Assembly: GCA_965214605.1 (NCBI GenBank)
Contig: OZ243961.1
Location: 4,248,129 to 4,312,128 of the forward strand
Reading direction: 5' to 3'
DNA: 64,000 bases
DNA from: an uncultured Candidatus Binatia bacterium
GTDB lineage: Bacteria > Desulfobacterota > Binatia > Bin18
Both the position numbers and the translations under genes were made by a program. Shown piece by piece: positions 9,142 through 19,977 of this stretch. The notes beneath the pieces were generated by a model, which was not told where the DNA came from, did not search any database, and saw only the letters and a list, made by a program, of their open reading frames with translations. Within the stretch, counting starts at the first letter, position 1, and each line of letters begins with the position of its first letter.

Positions 9142-9738
9142 ATGCCGGGCCTTCCCAAGCGCATCATGGAGCACGCCCAGGCTCTTCCGGAGGCCACGCC
9201 GCTGTGTCCGGGTGCCCTGCTTCACCTCGGTCACCGCGCGGCGATCGACCAAGCATTGTCGCGCTTGGCTCGCTCGGGAGAGCTGATGCGGATCTGCCGG
9301 GGCGTGTACATGCGTCCCGTCGAGACCCGGTTCGGCTTGCGGGCGCCCCGCCTCGGCAAGGTACTCGCCGCCCTGTCGGTGTTGTGGGGCGAAACTATTT
9401 TGCCGTGCGGCGGGACGGCGGCCAACCGTCTCGGGCTGACCACCCAGAATCCGGTCCGCGCGGTCTACCTCACCTCCGGTCCTCACCGCCGTCTTCAGTT
9501 CGGATCGTCCGTCGTGGAATTGCGCCCCGCGCCGCGTTGGCAACTCGTGGCTCCGCACCGCAGGGCCGGTGACGTCATCCGTGCCCTGGCCTGGCTCGGT
9601 CCGGAAGAGGTCGAGGACGGGCTCGGCGCGGTTCTGCCGACGCTTCGAGACGAGGAGCGCGACGAGCTCTCGGCCGCACGAGCCACGATGCCGCACTGGA
9701 TGGCGCAAGCTGTGAGCGCCCGCCTGTCGCATGGCTGA
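9142..9738 (+). CDS. abiEi: AbiEi-type antitoxin (DUF6088-like)
   Basis: AIDQALSRLARSGELMRICRGVY, GGTAANRLGLTTQNP; overlaps the toxin start. Confidence 0.85.
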   Translation: MPGLPKRIMEHAQALPEATPLCPGALLHLGHRAAIDQALSRLARSGELMRICRGVYMRPVETRFGLRAPRLGKVLAALSVLWGETILPCGGTAANRLGLTTQNPVRAVYLTSGPHRRLQFGSSVVELRPAPRWQLVAPHRRAGDVIRALAWLGPEEVEDGLGAVLPTLRDEERDELSAARATMPHWMAQAVSARLSHG

Positions 9739-10762
9739 GACGCGGTATCAGGACCTTTCGGTCGATGATCGGCGCGACGCCCTGGAGGTGGCGGAGCGCA
9801 CCGACAACCACAAGGCGCACCTTCTGGAGAAGGACATTTGGGTGGTCGCGACGCTTGACGCCCTGTTCGACAGCCCCTTCGCCCGGCACCTGACCTTCAA
9901 GGGCGGCACGTCGCTGTCGAAGGTATGGCGCGTGATTCGGCGTTTCTCCGAAGATGTCGATATCACCTACGACATCCGCGCCTTCGCGCCGGACCTGGTG
10001 TCCGGCGCCGGCGACGAGGCGCTTCCGCCAACCCGAAGCCAGGAAAAGCGCTGGTCGCGGGCGATCCGTGCCCGCCTTGCCGAATGGGTTCGAGAGCAAG
10101 CGTGTCCGCTCGTCGAGGACGGGCTCGCGCGTGCCGGTTTCGGTGCAGCGGTTCGTGTCGAGGGGGACCGCCTCTATATCGCTTACGAGCCGCTGTTCGG
10201 GGAGAGCGGATTGGTACGCCCGGAGGTCATGGTCGAGTTCGGCGCGCGCTCCACGGGCGAACCGCACGAGACCCGCCCGGTCGTTTGCGACGCAGCCGCA
10301 CGTTTGCCGGACCTGGCGTTCCCCGAGGCGAGGTCCATCGTCATGCTGGCCGAGCGGACCTTCTGGGAGAAAGCGACCGCGATCCACGTCTTCTGCCGCC
10401 AGGAGCGGCGCCGGGGCGAGCGGCTGTCCCGGCACTGGCACGACCTTGCGCGCCTCGACGAGGCCGGCGTTGCCGCGAACGCATTGGCCGACCGCTCGCT
10501 CGCGCTCTCGGTTGCCCGTCACAAGGCGATGTTCTTCTCCGAGAACGACGCGACTGGTACGCGGATCGACTACGAAACAGCGGTTTCCGGCGACCTGCAA
10601 CTCGTGCCCGCGGGCACCGCGCGTGCCGTGCTTGCCGATGACTACGCACGAATGCTGGCCGACGGTATGCTGCTTGATGACACCGAACCGTTCGATGCGC
10701 TGATGGAGCGGTGCGCCGCAATCGAGACGTGCGCCAACGCCGCAGGGTCGAGGATCAGCTGA
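9731..10762 (+). CDS. abiEii: AbiEii/AbiGii nucleotidyltransferase toxin
   Basis: LEKD, FKGGTSLSK, RFSEDVD, ERTFWEK, SRHWHD. Confidence 0.9.
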   Translation: MAETRYQDLSVDDRRDALEVAERTDNHKAHLLEKDIWVVATLDALFDSPFARHLTFKGGTSLSKVWRVIRRFSEDVDITYDIRAFAPDLVSGAGDEALPPTRSQEKRWSRAIRARLAEWVREQACPLVEDGLARAGFGAAVRVEGDRLYIAYEPLFGESGLVRPEVMVEFGARSTGEPHETRPVVCDAAARLPDLAFPEARSIVMLAERTFWEKATAIHVFCRQERRRGERLSRHWHDLARLDEAGVAANALADRSLALSVARHKAMFFSENDATGTRIDYETAVSGDLQLVPAGTARAVLADDYARMLADGMLLDDTEPFDALMERCAAIETCANAAGSRIS

Positions 10763-10815
10763 TGGACGTATTCGCGTTCCGCGAAGAACTCTTAGCCGAG
10801 TACAGCGGCTTTCCC
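10761..10815 (+). pseudogene. N-terminal stub of a DEAD/DEAH defence helicase
   Basis: MDVFAFREELLAEY coupled to the abiEii stop (TGATG); abruptly truncated. Confidence 0.4.
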
Positions 10816-10914
10816 GAAGCTTCGCCAAATTCCGCGCGGAAGCAACCAATAGCGACGGACAGACTTGGGCCGGCGCCCCAATCAGTGAACCGATGCGCAT
10901 CGAAACCGTGCACG

Positions 10915-11135
10915 AATACGGCGTCGGCGCTGGAACGACGATCATGGCCGGCTTGCCGGCCCGCGATCTCAAGCTACGCGGTTTCGCGGAACGGTTTCTT
11001 GTGGTCCGTCCTACAAACCCGACGTTTCACCTGCGGCGCAAGTTCAGCGAGAGATTTCTAAGAGAACTTCCCCATGCTCAAGTTCTAGGGCGGTGCCGAC
11101 CTTCGCAAACCTTCAGCGTCAACCGGTGAATGGAA
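10915..11135 (+). pseudogene. Degenerate SNF2 helicase fragment
   Basis: GVGAGTTIMAGLPARDLKLRGFAERFLVVRPTN resembles DAGAGKTIMAGLLIRELKLRG..ILVVCPAN. Confidence 0.6.
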
Positions 11136-11269
11136 CTGCGCGAACCGAAACCCCGACTCCTACGGGTGCGTTCGCTGAAGGATCGTCTACACAAACTGGG
11201 GGCCTCAGTGTCGAAACGTAACCAACAGAAGAGGAGGGAAAAACTGAGGCAAGTCGCGACATCCTCTTT

Positions 11270-11670
11270 AATCCGCGGTGTCGATTGCGGCGCGGGCGGG
11301 CTCACGCGCGGACTGGAGGCCGTCGGCGTCGATGTCCGGCTCAGCCATCGATATCGACCCGGCTAGCGAGTACCCCGACACCGAAAACAACAAAGCTTCT
11401 TTTCTCTTGATGTCGATTGAGGAGATCACCGCGGCCGATTTTGCCGAGGTCTTCGACGAAGATCCTTTCAAGCTGCCGTCAGGATGTGCGCCATGCCAGC
11501 CGTTTTCCACTTACAGCCAAACATGGTCCTGCCCCTCCGACGAACGCTGGAACCTGCTGGAGCATTTTTCGCGCTTGGTTGAAGGGACCAAGCCGCATCT
11601 CGTCACGATGGAACACGTCCCCCCTCCAGAGCGTGAGGACCTGTTCGTGGATTTCGTGGCCGTCCTTGAG
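11270..11670 (+). pseudogene. C5 DNA cytosine methyltransferase N-terminal fragment
   Basis: VD(LF missing)CGAGGLTRG, frameshift, IDIDP, GCAPCQPFS, VTMEHVP (ENV motif mutated). Confidence 0.8.
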
Positions 11671-11679
11671 TGCGATCCC

Positions 11680-12421
11680 GCAGGTATCAGCCGGACACGG
11701 CCTCGGGTGTCCAGGGCGACACCCCAACCGACGAGAAGAAGACCCGGACGATCGGACAGCTGCACCGGACCAGCAGGGGACTGACCATGGAACTCGTTGT
11801 TGCTTCTGTTCTCTGTTACCTCAACCACCCCAAAAGAAGTCGCGTTGAATTGTGCCCTGAACGAGAGGGGATCCTAAGCAAGGCCGCGGCGGGCCGCCAG
11901 TCCGACATCCTGGTTACGCCCGCGAATGTGAATACCTTTCAGGTCGTCTGTGCAGTGAGCGCCAACAAGGCAATGAGCGATGGCAAGTCCGTGGACCAAC
12001 TCGACGCAGCGCTCAAACACGCTCGGAAGTATAACGAGGAGGCCGAGGTGGTTATGACTTATGTGCTGCTGCTGAATCTCCGGGAAATCGGCCGCGACCG
12101 GCGCCTCCACCAGAAGTTTCAAACGTTCGTGGAGGAGCATTCGGACGAATTGCGCTTGTGGGCCCCATCCGATTCGTGTCCATGGAGGCGGCGGAACTCG
12201 CGGTTCTGGTGAATCGGTTGCACTACGAGGAGGAGAGGCTGAACTTCCTGAGTATGGTGCTCGCCGAGGCATTCGATTTCCTGCACGCGAGTATGTTCGC
12301 CGAGAAACTCCCGGAGGAAGAGCGGTGGATGTCTGACCTCGCGGTCAATACGGTCGAGCGTGACGCAAAGCAAAGGGAGGGAGGCGCGGACCTGTTTCCG
12401 GCACCGCGGCCGCCACTATAG
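11680..12421 (+). pseudogene. Putative restriction-endonuclease-like protein, frameshifted near 12165
   Basis: Two overlapping frames; AAAGRQSDI..VVCAVS resembles a degraded PD-(D/E)xK core. Confidence 0.35.
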
Positions 12422-12509
12422 AACTATTGGTGCGAATGCACGGGTAACGACCCGAGTTGGCGGCTGGTCTTCGGTGCCTCGAATACGACGGTGCGGATTG
12501 ACGCTGGAC

Positions 12510-12900
12510 CGCATGGAGTCGTGCTCCGGCCGCCGGGTCAGCACCAGACACAGAAGAGTGCCGCCGAAACCGCACCAAGCGCCGATTTCGGCGGCGGTCG
12601 CCACCATGCGGAGCAGATGGTCTCGCGCGGGCAACGCCTCGCCGTTGAACTTGAGATCCTCACGCATGACTGTCAGGATCGCGCCGTCCTCGGTCCGGTA
12701 CTCTGCCGGCTCGCGATCGTCGAAGCCGGCCTTGATCAGGATTTCCGTGAGGGTGAGCTTGCTAGCGGTGTATCAGTCATGGCCCGTGGTGTCGCGTACC
12801 AGCGCAATACCGCAGGCCAGAAACGCCATCGAGACGACGCCAGTCGCCCCGGCGAGGAGCGCCGACCCCACGTCGCCGGACCGAAGACAGCCGTCCATCC
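12510..12900 (-). pseudogene. TraD/T4 coupling-protein N-terminal membrane fragment
   Basis: MAFLACGIALVRDTTGHD*YTASKLTLTEILIKAGFDDREPAEYRTEDG..; internal stop. Confidence 0.45.
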
Positions 12901-13097
12901 GGCCCGGCGCCCGTGTCCTCCCCTGGCGAGCCGGGACCGCGGTGCCGCGGTCCATGATGGCCTCCAACGCCTCCTCGTCCACTATGGTGAAGGGACCGTC
13001 GAAACCGAAGCTCGTGCGCACAGCGTCGACTTGCCCGGCGTTGAGCATGTGCCTGATGAGGGCCTCACCCGCAGTGGGGTGTTGTTCACTTGCCCGA

Positions 13098-13200
13098 CCT
13101 GGCCACTCGCGCAACGGCAAGAAGGGGAAGCTGCAGATCGTCTACGACCTGTTGTGTCCCGCCGAGGGCTTGCCCGGTGGCCGTACAGGTTTATGAGGGC
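13098..13200 (+). mobile_element. IS1634-family transposase fragment
   Basis: GHSRNGKKGKLQIVYDLLCPAEG(fs)PVAVQVYEG. Confidence 0.75.
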
Positions 13201-13356
13201 CTTGCTACCCTCTCGGCCTGGCGCACACTCGTTGACGACGACCACGGCGCCGAACGACCCGTCGATGAACCAACTGAAGAGTGCGAAGTTGCGGTAGTCC
13301 CCACTCGTCAGCGCCTGGAAGGCACGGTAGTGCTCCCCGGTAATGTTGGTGCTCAT
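13200..13356 (-). pseudogene. Truncated hypothetical protein (mobile-element type)
   Basis: MSTNITGEHYRAFQALTSGDYRNFALFS with RBS GGAGG; cut by the IS1634 fragment. Confidence 0.4.
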
Positions 13357-13716
13357 TGGCGATCCTCCGTTTTGCGGCCGCGCGGGTTGCAGGTTTGGCG
13401 ACGGCCTCGCTCTGAACCCGTCGGACTCAGCCTCCGGTTGGGGGTGCTGAGCCGTGTGGAAGCGCCCAAGCCGTGTCGTGAGCGAATGCGGCCGGTCGGG
13501 ACGGAGAACGCTTGCCAGGACGTATGTGTCGGACGTGGTGCATGTTCCGACGACAGTGTGAAACGCGGTGGGGAGTTCGGCGCAGATGGGTTGATGTTCC
13601 GCGACGGTACGATTAGGATAGTGCGGCTGCCTGGGGAAGCCGGGCGCCGGAGTGGGGAGGGAGGACTCGTTCGGCTGGGTTCGCTTCTCCCAAACCATCG
13701 ACTATTGGGAGACTCC

Positions 13717-15517
13717 ATGACCATCCAGCGCTATTCGGTCAATCAGCATCCCATCCAGACCCTGCTTACCTGGATCGAGTCCGACGAGATCGCGATTCCA
13801 GAGATCCAGCGCCCGTTTGTCTGGAACGCGACGCAGGTGCGTGATTTTATCGACTCGCTCTATTTCGGCTATCCGGTCGGCTATCTCATCGCGTGGCGCA
13901 ATCCGTCGGTCCGGCTGAAGGACGGGACCCAATCGGCGGGCAAGCGTATTCTGATCGACGGCCAACAGCGTGTGAAGGCACTGCTGGCGGCCATGCTCGG
14001 ACGATCGCTCGTCGACAAGAGCTACAGGAAGGTACGCATTGCGATCGCGTTCCATCCTGGCGAGGAACGGTTCGAGGTCACGAACTCGGTAATCCGTCGC
14101 GACCGGACATGGCTTGCCGATATCGCCACCCTGTTTGCGCCCGACACGAAACTGCTTCGGGTCGTCGATACCTATTGCGAGGACAACGGGGAAGCGAACA
14201 GGGACGAGATATACGAACGTATCGAACGGCTTCGGGGCATCCGGAATAACTTACTCGGACTCATCGAGCTCAATGCCGACCTGGATGTCGAGACCGTCTC
14301 GGAGATCTTCGTTCGCATCAACTCACAGGGGGTTTCGCTGAACGCGGCCGACTTCGCCATGTCGAAGATGGCGGCCAACGAAAGGTATAACGGCCACCAG
14401 CTCCGCAAGTGCGTCGACTACTTCTGCCATCTCGCCGTCGCGCCGGAAACCTACGCTGATCTGGCGAATGACAGCGAGTTCGCCGGCACCCAGGTATTTT
14501 CGGGCTATGGAATGGCTCAAGTACGAGAAGGAGGACCTGTATGATCCCTCCTATACCGACATGCTTCGCGTAGCCTTTACTTCGGAGTTCAGGCGCGGAC
14601 GCCTCGACGACCTGGTCGCCCTGCTTTCCGGCCGTAACTTCGAAACCCGTGAGTTCGAGGAGGCCATTGCTGAGAAGTCGTTCCACAGGCTCAAGGAGGC
14701 GATCCTGCGCTTCATGAACGAGACCGACTTCAAGCGTTTCGTCATGATCCTGCGCTCGGCGGGGTTCGTGAACACGTCCATGATCCGATCGCAGAATACC
14801 GTCAATTTCGCCTATATCCTCTATCTGACATTACGCGCGCAGGACACGGCTCCGGCGCACATTGAGACCCTGGTACGGCGCTGGTTCGTCATGTCCGTCC
14901 TGACCGGCCGGTACACGGGCTCGGCTGAGACGGCATTTGACGTGGATATCCGTCACATCGCCGAACACAACGCGCAAACCCACCTGACCGCGGTGGAGCA
15001 GGCAAAGTTGTCGGACGCGTTCTGGGAGGCGGGCCTTCCCCAGCAGATGGACACCTCGGCGGCGGCGGCCCACAGCCCCTACTTCAATGTCTTTCTGGCG
15101 AGCCAGGTCAAGGCAAACGACAAGGGATTTCTGTCGAGTGACCACACGGTGCAGACCCTGCTCGAAGGCGCTTCGCATGTTCACCATGTGTTTCCGCGGA
15201 ACTACCTGAAGAAGCACGGTCTAGTGCGCAGCCGCTACAACCAGATCGCGAACTACGTCATGATGCAGGGCGAGATCAATATCGCCATCGGCGACGATCC
15301 GCCTGCGGCGTATTTCGGGGAGCTATGGCACCAATGCAAGAATGGAGAAGCGCGTTACGGCGGCATCACCGACGCTGAAGACCTGCATGCGAATCTCGTG
15401 GCTCACTGCATCCCCCAGGGCATGGATGCCGCTGAGGTCCGTGACTACGACAGGTTCCTGAAGGAGCGCAGACTGCTGATGGCCAGGAAGATCCGCGACT
15501 ATTACAAGGCGCTATAG
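13717..15517 (+). pseudogene. GmrSD-type restriction protein (DUF262 + HNH/DUF1524-like), one frameshift near 14493
   Basis: IPEIQRPFVW, DGQQR, FVRINSQG; second frame [23 protein letters not shown]. Confidence 0.85.
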
Positions 15518-15860
15518 GGCGGATTGCCGAGGATAACGAGGATCAGCGTCTCCTACTTCCCCTGTTCCGCCTAGTCGCGTTCCTCCCCCAACCGGGGAAG
15601 GGCAACGGGGCTTGGTCGTATACGGCTTCGAGCCCGCCAGGGCGTTGGTGAGGAAGACGCTGGCCCGTTCGTTCCCGTCATCCGCCAGCGGCGCGTCGAG
15701 TGCCTGCATAGTGAGCCCGCCTTGCAGATGGGCGACGACGAAGGGCGCGGGCATGATCTCGAGACCGAACACGCGCTCGGTCGCCGCCTGCTTCACCCGC
15801 GCCCCGGCGAACGCACTCAGCCCCCGGCCTTCGAGGTTGGCAGCGATGCGACGCAGCAGG
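15512..15860 (-). pseudogene. Type ISP/N6-adenine RM enzyme fragment
   Basis: FGLEIMPAPFVVAHLQ..VFLTNAL..(fs) [10 protein letters not shown]. Confidence 0.8.
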
Positions 15861-16053
15861 TGGTTCATCCGGCTGCGAGGCGAGAAGCAAGACGCAAGAG
15901 AATGGTCAAAAAACAGGGAGTCCTTGGTTGACCGCTGAAATACCCGTCCGCGAAGGGCAAGTCCTGACCGGTGCAGGGTGGGCTCAGCTTCAGGAGCGAC
16001 CCCACAGCCCAACGCTGCCTTGCCGGATGAAGTTCCAATCGAAGGCCGTATTG

Positions 16054-16215
16054 ATGGAGGCAAAACTCAAACATCTTGAATTCATGCAGGGCGTGATCAA
16101 CCGTCTCGCCACCGATTCGTTTCGCGTGAAGGGATGGGTTGTGGTCCTAGTCCCTCCCTTCTGATGGAGTGGTTTCATCCCGGTGCTCGTCTTCTGGGGC
16201 CTCGACGGCGCCTTC
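16054..16215 (+). pseudogene. Fragment of a TM protein of the type found beside TIR genes
   Basis: MEAKLKHLEFMQGVINRLATDSFRVKGW..(deletion) VLVFWGLDG. Confidence 0.55.
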
Positions 16216-16657
16216 TTAACCCGGCACCGCGCCGAGCTCGTCCAGACCCACCCGGAGTGTGTGGCGGCGCACTATGCCAAGGCCGGGACCAGCGAACCAG
16301 CCGTCGCCTATTGGCTCCAAGCCGGCCAACGGGCCTACGGCCAGGCGGCCTATCGCGAGGCGGCCGCGCACCTGCAGCACGGCTTGGCCGCGCTGCCGCA
16401 GGTGGCCGATGCGGCGGCGCGCACCCCCCTCGAGTTTACGCTCCAGGCCTGGCTAGGGCGGGTGTGGGCGGCGGAGCGGAGTTTGCGGGCCCCCGAGGTC
16501 GCGCAGGCGTATGGGCGGGCCCACGAACTGGCCCCGCACCTGCCGGCGGACCGGACGCTGGCCCCCCTCCTGTGTGCCGTCCGGCAGTTTTATGCGGCCC
16601 GGGCCGAGTACCAGACCGCCCGGGAGTTGGCCGACCACCAGCTCACCGTCGCCGATG
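16216..16657 (+). pseudogene. Adenylate cyclase/AAA-ATPase TPR region fragment
   Basis: PECVAAHYAKAG..AVAYWLQAGQRA..AYREAAAHL..APEVAQAYGRAHEL. Confidence 0.7.
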
Positions 16658-17006
16658 GTATGTCGAGTCCAACAAGGTGCCGCCCCAGTTCACGAATCCC
16701 CCCGGTTATCAGAGCCCGGCAGCGAGCGTCGGGGTGCTGCGCGGTACGAGCGGCCTCTTCAAACTGTTCCAGCATCCCAGCTTGGAGCGCTTCATGGCCA
16801 CCGGGCTGGTGTTTGCCGGTAATCCGGACAGTGTGTATCAGCAGATCAGGCACTTCTCCGCCTCCGTCGGCGGGTTTGGCCATATGCTGCTGCTGATGGG
16901 CCAAGCCAGGTACTGAGACTACCAGGAAACGGTCAAGGGGATGGAGTTGTTTGCCCGGGAAGTCTACCCGCGGCTCAAGGAGGGGGGAGGCCCCAACGTT
17001 CCTTGA
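16657..17006 (+). pseudogene. LLM-class monooxygenase C-terminal fragment
   Basis: FAGNPDSVYQQI..GGFGHML..*..KGMELFAREVYPRLKE. Confidence 0.7.
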
Positions 17007-17597
17007 ACAGACCCGGACGTCGTTGACCGCTCCAGGGATATTCGGGGCGCCCCGCCGGTCTGTGTAGGAACGCGGGCGGCGGTCGGGGCCTTGTTCGCTC
17101 ATCTGGAGGCCGGGCGATGGGCTTTTCTGGACGATTGCCCCGCGGTGAGCCACGAGCCGGCGGGGAGTGGGCCGGGGAAGCTCTGGTGACCGACGTTCAG
17201 GCACATCGTTCTTGGCGAGGTGGGCTGTTACGGAGGCTCCCCTGGCCATGAGGGGTTAGACCGTTCAAGAGAAGGGTCGGAATGGAGAAAGTAACGGTGA
17301 GTTTTGGCCTAAGCCGAGACGGCGTTTGACGCTTTCCCGACAGGCGACCAAGGCCTGCTGGCATACCAACGGCATCTCAGCGCGGTGCCTCTGCCGATTC
17401 TCCTCCTCGCCGTACGGACGCATCGTCTCGCCGACGTCCCATCCTTCGAGCCCGGAGGGGCCTGATTTGAAGTCCGGCACTGGCATGCGTGTTGCCCCAA
17501 GGGGCTGCTCCTGCCCGCTGATACCCCCAGCCCCCGCAATCTGATAAGACCTTGGGGCACGCTCAGGAAGAGCGACACGCATTGAGAAGGAGAGCGG

Positions 17598-18469
17598 ATG
17601 AAACTTGTCACGTTCACCCACGCTGGAGCAACCCGCATCGGGGTCTTGGACAACGCGGAGGTGGTAGACTTGGCCGCCGCCGTGCCCGCCCTGCCGCGCG
17701 AAATGCACGCCTTCCTGCGGGCCGGTGGTGGCGCCCTGGCCGCCGCCCGCCAAGCCATAAACAACGGCGTCGGCCGCCTGGCGCGGGGCGAGGTCACCAT
17801 CGAGGCGCCGATTCTGCGCCCGCCCAAGATACTCGCGGTGGGCCTGAACTATAAAGATCACATTGCCGAGGCCGGCAGGAAACCGCCCGCGGTGCCGCTG
17901 ATCTTTAACAAACAATCGACCGCCGTGACCGGTCCGACCCAATCCATGTGCCCCGGGCCTCGGCCCAGGTGGACTATGAGTGCGAGCTGGCGGTCGTCAT
18001 TGGACGCTTCTGCCGCCATGTGCCCAAAAGGCGGGCGGCGGCGGTGATTGCCGGCTATACCATTGCCAATGATGTCAGCGTCCGGGATTGGCAGCTGCGG
18101 GTGCCGACCTTTACGATGGGCAAGTCGTGGGACACCCACTGTCCGCTCGGTCCGTGTCTGGTGACCGGGGAGGAACTCGGCGACCCGCGCGGCCTGGCGC
18201 TGCAGACCTGGGTCAATGGGGAGTTGCGTCAGGACTCGAACACCCGGGAGCTGCTGTTCGACTGTTTTGATCTGGTGGAGCATCTGTCCACGGCGTTTAC
18301 GCTCGAGCCGGGGGACGTGATTTTGACCGGCACGCCGAGTGGGGTGGGGTTTGCCATGCGGCCGCCCCAGCTGCTCAAGCCGGGGGATAGGGTCCGGATG
18401 CGGATTGAGAACATTGGCCAGCTTGCGAACCCGGTGATTCCGGAGCCCGCCAGCACGCCGCGCCTCTGA
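17598..18469 (+). pseudogene. Fumarylacetoacetate hydrolase family, frameshift near 17940
   Basis: ILAVGLNYKDH in one frame, DYECEL..ANDVSVRD..GKSWDT..TGTPSG in the next; paralog of 42487-43362. Confidence 0.85.
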
Positions 18470-18497
18470 GGCCGGCAAGACAGAGAAGGAGGCCCGT

Positions 18498-19199
18498 ATG
18501 CGCACTCGCCTGAGCACCCCCCGTATACCGCCCCTGGCAAAAGAGGATTGGGACGAACAGGTGCAGGCCATCTTGCGGCCCCTGGTCGATGCCGGGACGG
18601 TGTATAATATCTTCACGACCCTGGCCCACCATCCAGCCCTGCTCCGCCGGTGGCTGGCGTTCGCCAAGCATGTGCGGTGCAAATTGGAGCACCTGTACGG
18701 GGCTGGGCGTGGTCCGGGTAGCGGGGGGCCTCGCTCCCTCTTTTCCCGGCCTTTCGTGCTGGCTCTGCTGCTCTGGCTTGGGCCGTCTGCCGGTCAAGCC
18801 GACGAATGCGGGCCATTGTGCGACCGAGACTTCTGGAGATCAGCTACGCCGGAGGACGTCAAGACGTTACTGGCCACAGGGCTGAACGTCAACGCCCGTG
18901 ATGAGACCGGTACCCCCCTGCATCGGGCGGCGGCGTTCAGTACGACCCCCGAAGTGGTTCGGGCGTTGGTAGCAGCGGGGGCGGCCGTCAACGCTCGTAC
19001 TGAGAACGGCTGGACCCCCCTGCATGGTGCGGCGGCGGGGAGCACGACTCCTGGAGTGCTCGCGATAGTGCTCGATGCCGGGGCAGACCCGACAGCTAAG
19101 ACGTCGGATGGCCGGACTGCTTTTGACCTGCTCCAAAGCAATAGCACCCTGAAAGGCACGCAGGTCTATTGGCGGCTGAACGACCTGCAATACGAATGA
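18498..19199 (+). CDS. Chimeric ORF: CMD/AhpD N-terminal fragment fused to a signal peptide + ankyrin-repeat protein
   Basis: PRIPPL..NIFTTLAHHP; then VLALLLWLGPSAGQA, and NVNARDETGTPLHRAA / VNARTENGWTPLHGAA ankyrin repeats. Confidence 0.7.
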   Translation: MRTRLSTPRIPPLAKEDWDEQVQAILRPLVDAGTVYNIFTTLAHHPALLRRWLAFAKHVRCKLEHLYGAGRGPGSGGPRSLFSRPFVLALLLWLGPSAGQADECGPLCDRDFWRSATPEDVKTLLATGLNVNARDETGTPLHRAAAFSTTPEVVRALVAAGAAVNARTENGWTPLHGAAAGSTTPGVLAIVLDAGADPTAKTSDGRTAFDLLQSNSTLKGTQVYWRLNDLQYE

Positions 19200-19238
19200 C
19201 GGCGTTCCCGCCGCTGCCTGAGTGAGCCTCGCCCGCCG

Positions 19239-19712
19239 CTACAGATTGTCCCCCTCCCGCTCCAACACCGCGCCATACTTCCGCAGCGCCTGCTCGCGAA
19301 GGGCCGGCAGGTGGCCGGTCGGGAACCGCCCCGGGGTCCCTGTGTACTCGCGGAGGACTTGGCGCGCCACCGTCACTTTGTGGACCTCGGTCGGGCCGTC
19401 GGCGAGACCCATGACGAACGCCTCGGTAATCTGCTGCGAGAACGGCATTTCATTGGACACGCCCAAGGCGCCGTGCAGGTGGAGGGCGCGGGCGGCGACA
19501 TCGTGGAAGACTTGGGGCATGACCGCCTTGATGGCGGCAATGTCGGTGCGGACCTTGCGATAGTCGTTGTATTTGTCAATTTTCCAGGCGGTGCGGAGGA
19601 CGAACAGGCGAAACTGTTCGATCTCGATCCACGAGTCGGCGATCTTCTCCTGCACCATCTGCTTCGTGGCCAGGAGTTCCCCCTGGGTCTCCCGTGAGAG
19701 GACCCGCTCGCA
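19239..19712 (-). pseudogene. Acyl-CoA dehydrogenase C-terminal fragment
   Basis: CERVLSRETQG..VQEKIAD..LHGALGVS..LADGPTEVHK. Confidence 0.85.
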
Positions 19713-19721
19713 CAACTGGCA

Positions 19722-19910
19722 ACGGCAATGACTGGGAACAGGTGAAGAAAGGCGACGATGCCGTGATCAAGCGGTGGATTGCCGACCAGATGAAGTCCCG
19801 TTCGCACGGTCGTATTGGTCGGATCGAACACAGCCAGTCGCAAATGGATAGAGATCAACAAGGCATGGAAAGACGGCATGGGGGTGGCCGGCATATACAT
19901 TCACGGTTGG
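19722..19910 (+). pseudogene. Thoeris ThsB-like TIR domain fragment
   Basis: NDWEQVKKGDDAVIKRWIADQMKSRS(fs)VVLVGSNTASRKWI-EINKAWKDGMGVAGIYIHG. Confidence 0.75.
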
Positions 19911-19977
19911 AACAAGGTGTTCCTTTCCAAACGGACGGCTGCTTGCGTGTGGCCGTGGGACACTCAATTATGGAAGA

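Noticed and set aside
13090-13716. Long N-terminal extension of the DUF262 gene
   Set aside because: Non-protein-like; the credible start is ATG 13717 after GGAGA.
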